Assembly: GCA_000934665.2 (NCBI GenBank)
Contig: JYFJ02001287.1
Coordinates: forward strand, 1-64,000
Direction: 5' to 3'
Source: Catajapyx aquilonaris
Taxonomy: Eukaryota
Length of the DNA stretch: 64,000 bases
Part shown: positions 38,489 to 50,749 of the stretch, piece after piece
Layout of the letters: each line of letters begins with the position of its first letter
Numbering within the stretch: the first letter of the stretch is position 1
Notes under the pieces: generated by a model
Database searches by the model: none
What the model was told of the DNA's origin: nothing
What the model saw: only the letters and a program-made list of their open reading frames with translations
Translations under genes and position numbers: made by a program

Positions 38489-41400
38489 TCTTCCGCCAAC
38501 GTAGCTCAAAAGTCTCTCACCACCAGAATGATGATGGCCGAGATCCGTTTTTCAAGAGTTTTTCTATATCTGATGGTCTGATGCTGCGTGGCAAGGATTT
38601 GTGTGTGTTATGATGGTTGATATTATTTATGAGGGCAGGATGGCGACACGACGTCAACTCCGGTTTGGACTTACCATTTACATTTTCTACCTCACGAAAA
38701 TTATTCACTTTGCTCTATCTAAGACATATTGGAAATATTTTTTTTTGTGACAAGATGGGTATTGAATTTACAAGATGCTGGATTGGTAAAACGGAAAAAA
38801 ATTCTCTGTCACTGCCGTTTTGTGTAAAATTATTTTGTACACAATATGTTCCGATTAACTTTAATGAACAATTTGTTGCACGAAGCTATTTAGTTACTAC
38901 AATACCTAACATTTATTTTGGAGAATCAAAAACATTGTCCTGTAATACATATTATTAAAACGTGCAAACATGGTCGTACTTGTAGATACCTCCATTGCCC
39001 GTTAGGAGATTACTTATATATAGTGCATTCAGAAATAATGTAATAAAAGTAGCTGCATCATCGCTCGTTGCTGTTTTTTCAACAACTATAAACTACTTTA
39101 TTTCTGGATACACAAATAAACTTTGATGATAATATGTACGGTATAGGCGCCTTCTTCAGACAAAGCTACGTATAATTTTACCTAAAACGGAAATGACAGG
39201 GAATTTTACCACATTATTTGCTGGTAACAGTCCTGATAACATGCTAAAATGTCAAGTTGCATAGAAACTGGCTTTGGGACAAAATATTTTTGTTCACGCC
39301 TACTACACTTGACGATTGACATTTATCATTTGACGGAAATATTTGGCCAAATTGCGAAAAAAAAGGTCCGTCCGAACGCACTTCATATTTCATATGCGAG
39401 ATCTTTGCTGATTATTTAAAAATGCGTATAATCCAACGTGAATGCAACCTCGCATCACGCATCTCATAGTAAATAGACCATGCCCTGTTGCCATGCGATC
39501 GATGCAATTCCAGTCAACTTCTCTTCATTTTATTTCTAAGCTATTGGAACAAACTCGTTACATAACAATCACATACCGCTTAATACATTTTAACATTCAA
39601 CACAAATTTATAGCCATTAATAATCTCTTATCTAAGCTCATAAAAATTTTGTAGTGTTTCTTAAAAAAAACCTTGGCCATATCTGTGGTACAAAATATCT
39701 CGTATGACAGAATATTGGCATCCTAAAAATATCCGCTGGTCACTCGATTAGCATTTTAATGGAATTTCTAAATATAAACTAAAAGCTCAATTTCTGCAGC
39801 ACACCCACTTCACGGTTCATGCATTCCGTATACTTGATCGACTACCAATCATTAATCGTGTCGCACACATAAAACGGACTTCAAGCGCCGAAAACAGTGA
39901 CAATCCGCAGTATATATACCCTCAATAATCTTATTCTGATCAACCCTTAGGCCAGTTTGCCATTTGCTTGTTGCGTTAAATAGAGCGCGATAGTTAGCCT
40001 ATACAGTTTCCTAACCTATCGCAGTCTTCCATACAAGCCAACAATAAGAATCCATGAAAAATGGAAAGACACTTGAAATGCGGATGAAACTCACTGTGGA
40101 TTTGACAATCTCGCAATTTCTTATGGCTGTATAAATACCGGTACTGCACATCATCATTATTAACAAAGCAAGACCATTCAAACTGTCACTTGGTTATTGT
40201 GCAATGTACTGTAAGTTGTAAGCAAAAACTATTCAGCATAATTTATGTTCCATCACAGCAGGAAGCAATCACTTTTTAGGTCTTATTTTGGGCACAAGAT
40301 TTAGTTTGGCGATATCTCCAAATGACAGGTTTTTTTTACCCATCATTGATCCATGCCTGCTTTTTAATGTCTACAAACTTCTGTTTTGAGATTATTCCTC
40401 TACTTTGTTCTTACATTATTTTGTCGGTTTTTGTGTGCACAACACATTGCATGGGATGAAATACATCAAATACATGGTTCGCCCAAAAATGACTTCTGTG
40501 GTGCCAAATTCGGAGACTGCTTTTTTGCTGTGCAATCGACTGAATCAGTGTAGAGAGAGAGAGCAGCATCGTTTTGCAAACATTATTATGTCCCGTTTAT
40601 TATGCCAAAAATAATGCCCGTACATCGCGACTGACGACCTTGATCAGTGTATTTTAATTTTAGCCATCGTTGTCGACTCTGCAGTAGTTAGCAGAATATC
40701 ACAAGTAAACCAGTAAACCCGAAGTGATTCACTCTAGTGAACATAACAGTATTTTTTATTAAGAAATATTTTTTTGCGAAAATGGCCTATTTTACAATGA
40801 AGTTGTCTAATTAGTGAGGTGGAAAGGAGGACTCGCTATAAAAATGCCAATTCATTGCGTACTATAGGTGATACCGTCCTAGAGCCTGTTGCGTTTCATC
40901 AGCAACCAATCAGGAGAGAGCATACTGTCGATAGATAGGGGGGGAAATGAGCTATAGTTCTTTTTAAAAGGTGTAGCCTTAGATGCCAAAAGCTACGCGA
41001 AGCAATGGTAAACGGCTTATATCACTTAGACAGTATACCATAGATAGAATAGAACTGAGAAGGTCAGTAGGTCGAAAATAATCATCCACACGCAAAGTGA
41101 TACTGCTCTGAATTAATACCGTATAAAGATCGGAATGTACACTTATCTCGTGGACACGGTAGGTCGTACAACAATGTGAACAAAAATCATGAAAACATGC
41201 CTGATATTAGAAATATAGGATCTGTTACGAGGTGCTGCTGCTATATGTTCCTGGCTTTCACAATTTCTTATTTTTTAAATTTCATATCACATTACATGAA
41301 ACACGCAGCCCTGCCCTGCTCCATCCGGATATTATTTGTTCCCTAATAATTATGAAGAAACACCTTAATTAGACCTTCGAATAACTCAATTTCTAGCATA

Positions 41401-44189
41401 ACCGTCAGATTCTATACCTATAGATGAAGAACGCTGTAATTAGTGGATGGCACTTAGATGGGACGTTGTTAATAACAATGTATGTATAAATTTCGCAGCT
41501 TTTAATTTCTTTAAAAAGTCAGGAACTTATCAGCCCCCCCTTCGTACTAGCTGTGCTGCCTATAGAAACTCAGGCATGATAGCGACAAATACTATGTCGG
41601 AAAAGATGTGATACTGCTAGGTAAGACTCAATAGTTACGTCAAAAGCAGGACATAGCTTGTGCAATGCTTGTACAGTATGTAAGGCGTAATAACATACTT
41701 AAACTCGAGATTTAACTCGACCGGTGATGCGGAGGATTTCCGAAAAGTGCGTTGAAATTAAGTGGTATATAATATTATAAGTAAACCCGCTCTTTAACAC
41801 TGATTAATAGCAAGAATTCGTTAACCTCTCTACTGTATTTTTCCAGATATAATCTAACCTCTTTTCCATGATCTTTAGATACCAAATATTGCTAACATTT
41901 AATATTGATTCTCAACAATTATTCGTACAGACATCCAACATTGGTTTTAGCTGCTACTTCTCTATTATACCTTACCATTTCATAGTGCTGTCTTTTCTCA
42001 CATCATGGTAATTTAACATGTCGCCGTCCCATTGCAATCCCCCACATCAGGATTAGACAAATTAACCTAAACATCGTCGAAGGGGTGAAAATATTGAACT
42101 CGCTATTTGTAAGTAACAGTTCCCGGAGAGTCTTTCATTAACAATATTGTGGGAGTTACAAGTGAGAAAAACAAACACTTCATGCATATAATCATTGGGT
42201 TTCTCTTTAAAAGTGTAACACGCTGTACATAAGCTAATGCTGCTTTACCAGAGAAGTGTGAATGATCGTGGATATCATCAATAAATACATTACTAGGCCT
42301 TTTTTCTGGGCCAATCGCTGGCTGAACTGGCAGTAACCTTAGAGTGAATGTGCCAAAGTTTTATACGTTGTTGATGTAGGTTTGATTATTTGATATTAGT
42401 ATGAGGTATGTGTAAGCCCTTTCATATGGACGCGTATGTTTAATTAGCCTCATTACGTTTTGTCATCAGATCTCAACCGGACAGGCACACCCAGAATAGA
42501 TATGCATATCTAAACATTCTTTGTGTATAGACCTGCGTTTTAAAATCATGTGCTGGTAAACATACCTCAGATTATTCCAACTCAAGTGAATGTTATTCTG
42601 GGTTGCTGGAAACAAATGCTGGGTAAACCTAGATTACTTAGTTAACCCGTGCAGTGATTACAATAGAGGAGTGATTAAGAGTACAGCAAAATATTTGCTG
42701 GCAAAGTATTAAGTCCTTGAAATGATTCTGAATAAGAGTAGGAGTCATTTACTTATAGGTCTACATGATTTGACTGACCCAACATCGCCTCCAGTTCCGC
42801 ACTTTTGTCATTGTTGGAGGACTTAGAATCACAATTTGCTCATGAATGTCGACACATGAAGCAAGTGCGGAAATTATTATCATAAGAGATTTCTTTCAAA
42901 TCATCGCATAAATGCACTGCAGTGTAATTTTACACTGCCATACCACAATTTAGTTAGTTAATGCCCCGATATGATCATGCGCTCTGTGGGCATGACACAA
43001 GAAAAGCAAAAAAGAATGCAATGTCCATGTTGCAATTATTATTAAGCCCTAATTTTAGGGAGTTTTGCAATCATGCTTCAGCTTTTCGATATTACTTTGA
43101 AGAGTCGTAACATCACAATCAAGTTACTCCGTAGGGTAACAAAACACTTCAAATGTAATTTATTTTTAAACATACTTGACAATATTTACTCTACTTTTTC
43201 GACATTGTATCGGTACTGTTTGTGACGACATTCATTGATATGGGCGTATTCTGCCTAATTCGATTTTAGTGCTAAGAGTGACATAAGTGGGACTTTTTCA
43301 GCTAGTGTGCTGACTTACCAAATTATAGAGTTACTAATGTGCGGGTACGTGAATAATGACTGATACTATACCATGGGTGTCAAAATTGTGGTCAAGTGAA
43401 AAGTTATCCCACCTGCAATTTAATCCGATCGTAACGCAAGAAAGCATGAACAATTACGTCATCATCCCTTGTGTGTAACAAGAGCACGGATATATACTTT
43501 TATTAGAATCTCAGGTGAGTAGAAAATTTATTTTTTATTAATCTTTCGTACAAATTCATGACGTTAAGTCGTCAAATATCGTCAAACACTCTGAAACGTA
43601 TATATACTCACCATATGGAGTTTCTTTTTATATGCTGCGGTACACAAATGTCACCGTGTCCAGCGACGCCGTGATTTTCAAGTAATATTTGTCGAAGTAT
43701 CTGTATTAATAATATTGAGATGATCTCATCATTTAGACCATACTGGTCTTGTAAATATTTAAAATATGAAAACGAAAGATATTTCTTGAGTCTGCTGTAC
43801 CTGTAAGGCTGTGTCTGTTACCGGATGTGTACATTTTTTGGTCTTGAGTATGTACGTGTGTATGTCAGTTTATTGTACTGTACGCGTACGTGGTGCTACT
43901 GCCCACACTTATATCCTGCCAAATAAATACTACCTGGCCTGTAGTGGGACGTAATTGATGCGCATATTTTGACTTCCCTGTATGATACTTTTTACGACTA
44001 TTGTTGCAACACAGAAAGTAAGTTATAGATTGTCGACCTTAATTGTGATTCACACAGTTGATCACGTATCATGGCAACGTAAGACACTGCAATTTTCATA
44101 TACAATGATTTACGAAGGAAGCCTACATCCTCAATTTCATAATATTTTACTAGACTTTGAACAGAATATAGGACCCTAACTCTGTGACG

Positions 44190-46675
44190 ATGAGGCGTCG
44201 CATATCTCCGGAACCTGAGGAAACAGTGGAAGACTTATTTCCGAATGAATCTCCGCCATCCGCAAAATCTGAAGAGAAATTTGATGAGAGCTACCTGCTC
44301 GCTGATCAGGTGCGAAAGTCGAAGAGGATCAACCTAAATGTTGAGAGACGGTTCAAGATACAAGAGAGCAAAGTTTTAAGCCGACAGGCTCAGGAGACGT
44401 GTTTCTCCAGCATCGTCGAAGCAGATGATTATTGGCTCAACCGCTACATGAAGAAAGAACTCTTAGGATTTGTTCTTGAGAACATATATTTCAGGTTACT
44501 TGAGATTTAAAATTTAAACTTTTAGTTCAACAATAGGAGATTTCACAGGCCTATATACGATGCTTCCTTCCAGAATCACCATATTATTTCTCATAGTGGT
44601 CAATGCAGTTTTAATCGCAATTAGCACAATGGACGACCTTATGGACGTCCACGGAAACTTAATTGACATTTTGGATTGCATGATTCTGTCAGTCTTTATT
44701 CTGGAAGCTGCCTTGAGGATGTACTATCATCTAGGTCTTTACTTCTACGTAAGCAGTTGGATAAAATAGCATTACATTATATGTATAACGCTTTTACATT
44801 TTTAATTTCCCTCAGAGTGGATGGAATGTATTGGATTTAATCATAGTGATTGTGACCATAGCGTACTATGAAAATCCATACCTGAGGAGCGCCCGTGCAC
44901 TTCGCTTGTTACGAGTCGTACGAGCACTTAGTGGTATCCGAACTGTCAGGTTCGTATCTGCTGGATTCCTATGTAATCCTATAATGGACTTCGCCGATGA
45001 CATATCAGGTTGACCCTTAAGCTGATCCAAACAGCAGTGGCTTTCAAACTGCCATTTTGGGTGGATTATTATCCGTGATTACATGGCATGCAATTAGGAT
45101 GTTTAAAAAAAAATTAATGTTATACTCTCCCAGAGGCCTGTCCATAACTTTGAAATTTTTTTCTATATTTTGTAAGCAGATTTTTGGCATATTTAAACAA
45201 ATTCACACTCACTCTAGCCACATTTTGAATTTCAGGGCACTGAGAGGCTTGTCAGTTGTACTAGCTACAATGATGAGTTCTTTGATAGACATGGCGAATA
45301 TTGTCATGCTGCAGACGGTCGTTATGCTGGTTTTGGGAGTCGTGGGTGTGACCCTGTTTGGAGAACTCATGCCCAGTAATTTTAGCAACATAGTGGACGC
45401 CTGTTACACTCTTTTTATCTGCTTCACTCAAGATGGATGGGCGGACATTAAAGAGGAATTTGATGTCAGAATAATATTTACTCTTGCGTAATGATACGGA
45501 TTAATATTGCAATTATTTTCGCATAGGCACTGGACTACTTCACAGCAGGATCGCTTTACCTCGTCTGCGCAGTAAGTATCACAGGCTTCATCTTTTCCAA
45601 CTTGGTCGTGGCATGCGTGGTCACCAACCTGGAAAGCGCGACTGCTGATATGAAAGCTGAAGATATGGAAGTTGATAATTTGCAAGAAGCAGTGAAAGAA
45701 TCGCAGGTGTGAAAACCGTGTTATCTGGTTCTCGTGGCTTTTCAATGCCCATATTATGACAAGCGACTTCAGATTTCAAACCGGATTGTTTCAGATGCAT
45801 CGTCATGCCATGTGGACTGTAGGTCGAGAAGTAACGGAAAAAACTCCAGAAGTGCCTGTGATTCTCACTAAAAATATGCTGCTCCACTCCCGAAATCTGA
45901 TGAAAAATCAAGGACCATTTGAAAGGCCTTCACTCAACTATGTCAATGCGGAGCGTCTGTCTAAGTTTTTCACAAGCAAGTGTTTTTTTCATTTTCATGG
46001 CCCTGCACTACCGGATATGAAATCATCTCAACTGTACAGAGTACAATTATGCAATTTTTTAAAATATCCAATAACTATTTACATTCGCATTTGCAGTTCT
46101 TGTCGCGCTGGAAGAAAACAGAATGGAGTATGAAGTCATTCGAAAAGATTTAGACCGCGTTGTGCTGGTGCTGCAAGACATCTGCAGCGTGACCAAATAC
46201 ATGGGCAATGATGAGGAGGAAAAGAAAATGAATACCCGGGCAGAAAGGTTGTTCAGTAATCAGCTTGACCTAATCAGGGAAAGTATCGTCAACAGGAAGA
46301 TGACAGGAGACATAGTAACCAACATGGAAGCACTAAACGAAGTATGTTGTCTTATATACGAAGGGTTCTTTGAGGGGCTGTAGTGGATGAGATTTTAAAA
46401 GTAAATTTTGACGTTGTAACCGCTTCCGTATCTCAAATAACGTCCATATTGAATTCCAGCTTAAAACCATTCGTCGAAACACGTTAATACAGGATAATGA
46501 ACGGCATAACCCAGAAGCAGCCAAGCTGTTGAAAAGAATCAAAGGATTAATCCAAGGCATCGGTAACCGACCTGCAGCCCCTAGACGACAGAGCAGACGA
46601 CAATCGCATATCATACTTCCTGAACATGGTACTCAGCCCCAGCATGGAAGTGTTTTCTATCGCCGATTGTCTTAA
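44190..46675 (+). CDS. CATSPER4: Cation channel sperm-associated protein 4-like (CatSper pore-forming subunit)
   Basis: Exons 44190-44494, 44574-44748, 44816-44949, 45236-45464, 45527-45706, 45795-45975 (GC donor), 46097-46341 and 46460-46675 (TAA). Single 6-TM repeat with S3 SGWNVLDLIIV, S4 RSARALRLLRVVRAL, pore FICFTQDGW (the T-x-D-x-W CatSper filter; TQDGW is the CatSper4 form), S6 FSNLVVACVVTNLE and a C-terminal coiled coil LEENRMEYEVIRKDL. Confidence 0.85.
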
Positions 46676-47611
46676 TAGGTCATTTGCATACGGACATGTT
46701 CATCGGAACATTTTGCATGATGTATATTCGACAAAAAATAAAACGTATACATCATCAGTTAAGAAAAATATTTTTGGTATTGGTTCTGTTGATTGTTGCA
46801 GCTATTCGTGCAGTATGAAGTGTTCAGGATCCACAAACTAATTTTACTGTAACAGTCGAGTTATTGCATTTTTGCTTATCATGAAATAAGTGCCTTATAG
46901 TATTTCCAGTAAAATCCATATCCGCTTACTAATAAGACTTACAAAGTCACAGCACACTCCTCGGAAGCCTACAGCCATGCCTACATATCTTTAATATTGC
47001 AATGCATACTCTTATGCAGTATGTTCTTCTTATGTAACGAGTGTGTGGCGCAGTTGAAGCGTAATAAGGGTGGTACAGTTGGCATTGCCTCACTTTTATA
47101 TTCATACAGTCACAGTTATTGATGATGCGAGTGTAGCTATTAACACTTGCGCATGTTACATCAATGTTCGCAGAAGAGGCCCACATTTTCCTTTTCCACA
47201 GCATAACAGGGCGTTTACGTTTCATGTGAAATGCATGCAGTCTATTGATAAAATTCTGCTTTCATTGCGGTGTTTGCTTCTGTATTGTCCAATAAGCGTA
47301 GCAGCCAGAAGTTACAGTCATGTAGATGTAATTTGCATATCGACCAGTTATTGGTATGATCATTGAGAAAACCTTATAAAAGCGGATACCAGCGGGTTAT
47401 TACGTCTGCTGCTGTCATCAGCGGGAAGTGCTGCCAATAATTCAGGTAAGGATAGCAGACCATTTAATCTGAATTAGCCTCTTGGAATAATCATCATTGT
47501 CGTCCCAAGAGTCCCACAATAGGAACACATTTCCTTAAGTTTCACACGTACTGTAATTACTGATTTACATTTTTATTATAGTTATAGGGGTGAAAAAACA
47601 ATACGACAAAA

Positions 47612-48450
47612 ATGAAGACACTAATGATGATTGTATGCCTGGCGATGAGTATTGAAGGGTCGGTTGGCTTATGTCGCAGCGGAGGTAGGTAACTCGACAA
47701 AATCGAACTGCTATGAAAATGATACGAATTTATTGGCCTAATGTTGTTTCCAGAGGAGCTTGAGTGTGGCCTATGCATGCCAGGAGAATATGACACTTTC
47801 TTGGATGATGGATATTGTCACCATTGCAAATGTTGCCTGTTCTTCTCCTGCTGTTATGTTATTGAGTGTGGTAAGTTAAATGCTCACATGTCTATCTACA
47901 TAATGACATAAAATTTTGCGCATGAAATTCAAATTGGAGAACTTCTCATTACCCAGTTATAGTGCATGTTTATGATTAGGGTGTTCTCTTGCTCTTCTTG
48001 CTGTCAACAGACACGGATGCTCAAGGAAGAAGGATTTTAAATGGAAACCACGCCAACCATAGACCAGGGGCGAGCCACAACAGGAGGGGTGGAAGGCCAG
48101 GGAGTGGCGGTACAAGCCATGGAAGCAACCCAGGAAGTGGCACAGGCAGCCATGGGAGCAGTGGCACAGGCCATGGGAATCACGGAGGTGCAAGCCGCGG
48201 AGGGAATTCTGCTGGTACTGGAGGCCACGGTAGGAGCCAGCACGGGACAGGAGCCAGGACAGGAGGAGGGAGCCATGGGAGTGGAGGTCATAGGTCAGGG
48301 AGCCACAATTCTGGGAGCCATGGAGGGCACGGGAGCGGAGGGCACGGCGGCAACAACGACGGTTCTGATGGTGGCCATGACCCAAGTGCGACGGAAGGAA
48401 CTGGCGGTGCAGGAGTTGCCAACAATGGGGCTGACAACGGGGGCACATAG
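47612..48450 (+). CDS. Cluster gene A: secreted protein, 10-Cys domain plus Gly/His/Ser-rich tail
   Basis: TATAAAA 47375; non-coding exon donor 47445; coding exons 47612-47684, 47754-47870, 48011-48450. Protein: MKTLMMIVCLAMSIEGSVG|LCRSGEELECGLCMPGEYDTFLDDGYCHHCKCCLFFSCCYVIECDTDAQGRR, then GSHG/GHG repeats. AATAAA at 48544. Confidence 0.85.
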
Positions 48451-49267
48451 TGGAGTCGCCGTTGGGTAAACGGAAAAAATTGTATTCAACTTCGAATGGC
48501 CAGAGAAAACCTTCCTTCATATATGCAAAACCAGAAAAATGTAAATAAATGCAACTCGTCAAAAGGTGTATTCATTAAATGTAGATCTCGTTTATCCTGC
48601 CCTAAACCGAAAAATATTTTGTACCGACGAAATGTTTATTAAATAATCAACAGCATCATTATAATAAATGTCATATTACTGTGTATGAATAAGCACTGTT
48701 TATGCAAAGCAGATGTTCCGTAACCTACACGTTACATAACATGTTTTCAAGTGAAGTCTGCTGGCCATGCCGTCTTCCTGCAAACACTTATAATAATTAT
48801 GCTTCTTATAACTATAATTATTACAACTGCAAGTATTTCTTGAGTAACAGATCCAACTGTTGCGTATGGTGTATATGAGTAGATCATAAATATTTGCAAT
48901 GTTCACAATGGAATGTTTACACGACCTTCATGCAAAATGCGCGTGGCAGACTCTCTTCCTTTATTGTCATATTTCCTTCCTATAATTCATTTGGTAATTA
49001 GGGCGATATGAAGGTTGAGGTCATTTGCATGAAAACCAGCGGGAATAACTTGTAGGTCCAAGCACAACATATAAAATGCCATGTAATGAGAGTAATTTCG
49101 AGGATAGACCACTGCAGATGTCTGCAGGGAAGGATTGACAAATCAGGTAACGGTACCCTTTTTCAGACAATCACTGTCGACTTTAGCGCTTTTAAAAGTA
49201 ATTGATGTTAAGTATAAATGGTGTTACTAATTAGTTATAATCTTAGTTAATTTCCACACAAGCAATT

Positions 49268-50749
49268 ATGTGGAAGACGATGAAGCCCCTCCTAGCACTT
49301 CTTTGCTTGTCAGTCACATTCAAAACGGCAGCAAGCCTCTGCCGAAGTGGAGGCAAGTGCCATTTTAAAACTAACCTTAAGTTAATGTGCACTTACTGAA
49401 CGGGTCTGCTTCGTTACAGAGGAGTTCGTCCATGGGCTATGCCAACCAGGAGAATACGACACCTTCCTTGACGATGGCATATGCCACCACTGTACATGCT
49501 GCCTGTTATTCTCATGCTGCTACCCATTTGATTGCGGTAAGTCCAAGAGGTCAAATATACAGCTAGGGGCATCAATGTTTATGAAACTGTTGCAAACATG
49601 CTGACGTTAGACAAATTAATTAAGTGCAATTAAAGGCGTTGTTTTCCCGTTTGTGTACCCATTTTACTAATTCGCAACAGTCGAAAGTGAGCTGGAATGG
49701 CACTTTACAGTTCAGATTCGTCGTCAAAAGCAGTTGCCGCAATTGCAGCCAAATACATCTCCGCTTTAATAATTGCAGGTGGCGACGATAATGACTATAT
49801 TGATGAACAGGAGGCTAAGAATGGGGTGCAGCGTGGTGGTGCTGGTGGAGGGGCAAATGGAGGCAGCGCCAGTCACAACCACGGTGGTGCGAGGGGTGGA
49901 AGCCATCAGCAGCAAGGGGATAAGTCTAGTAGCAACAATGTCGGAGGGGGCCACAACAATAAGGGTGGCACCGTCGGGGGGGTTTCTGGTTCCGAAAGCA
50001 GCAGCAAGGGTGGGAGCCACGGAGGTTCTGCAGGTGGTGGAAGTGGGCACAAAGCTGGAGGAGGCCGAAAAGGAGGAAGCCACGGGGGTGCTGTCCGCTA
50101 TGGCGGTGGTGGCAATGGAAGAGGAGGAGGAAGAGGAGGCCGTGGTGGTCACGGGAGAGGAAAGAAGCACGGTGTTGGCAGGAAGGGAAGTGGTGGAGGA
50201 AGAGGAGGAGGAAGCAACAACGGGGGCGGCGGTGGTGGTGGTAGTGCCAATGGCGGAGGTGTGGGTGGGGGCAATGGCAATGGTTCTGGTGGGGAAAGTA
50301 GTGATGGCGTGGGAGAAGTGGGCGGTTTGGGATCTGGGTCTTTTGGAGCTGATGTTGCTAACGCTCTTGGAGCTCTGAGCGATTTATTTGGCAAATTTCT
50401 TGGAGGAGGAGGTCTAGGTGGTTCAGGCGGTGGTCTAGGTGGAGGAGGTCTAGGTGGAGGTCTAGGTGGAGGAGGTTTAGGTGGTGGTCTAGGTGGTCTT
50501 GGTGGAGGAGGTTTAGGTGGTGGTTTAGGTGGTCTAGGTGGAGGAGGTTCAGGTGGTGGTCTAGGTGGAGGAGGTTTAGGTGGAGGCCTAGGTGGAGGAG
50601 GTCTAGGTGGAGGAAATCTAGCTGGAGGAAGTGTTGGTGGGGGAGGTTTAGATGGAGGTAATAGTGTAAATGACACCTCTGGAGGTCTCGGTGTGGGAGA
50701 TGGTGGAGGATCTCTAGTCAACGAGGGTGGTGCAGGGGTCAGTGGATAA
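49268..50749 (+). CDS. Cluster gene B: secreted protein, 9-Cys domain (paralogue of A) plus long Gly-rich GGLGG tail
   Basis: TATAAAA 49070; exon-1 donor 49146; coding exons 49268 (or 49280)-49352 (GC donor), 49420-49536, optional 49681-49686, and 49779-50749. Protein: MKPLLALLCLSVTFKTAAS|LCRSGEEFVHGLCQPGEYDTFLDDGICHHCTCCLLFSCCYPFDC, then ~320 aa Gly-rich. AATAAA at 51026. Confidence 0.85.
50402..50615 (+). repeat. Coding minisatellite encoding (GGLGG/GGGGL)n
   Basis: Tandem ggtctaggtgga(gga) and ggtttaggtggt units inside the gene B tail exon. Confidence 0.9.

Noticed and set aside
47957..48562. Overlapping alternative-frame and antisense ORFs (48041-48469, 47957-48562; also 49773-50378)
   Set aside because: Low-complexity Gly-rich sequence lacks stops in several frames. 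Splice phase from the Cys exon selects the Gly-rich frame.
49697..49778. ORF-track start MALYSSDS... for the 350-aa Gly-rich ORF
   Set aside because: It lies in an intron of gene B. The real N-terminus (signal peptide plus Cys domain) comes from upstream exons.
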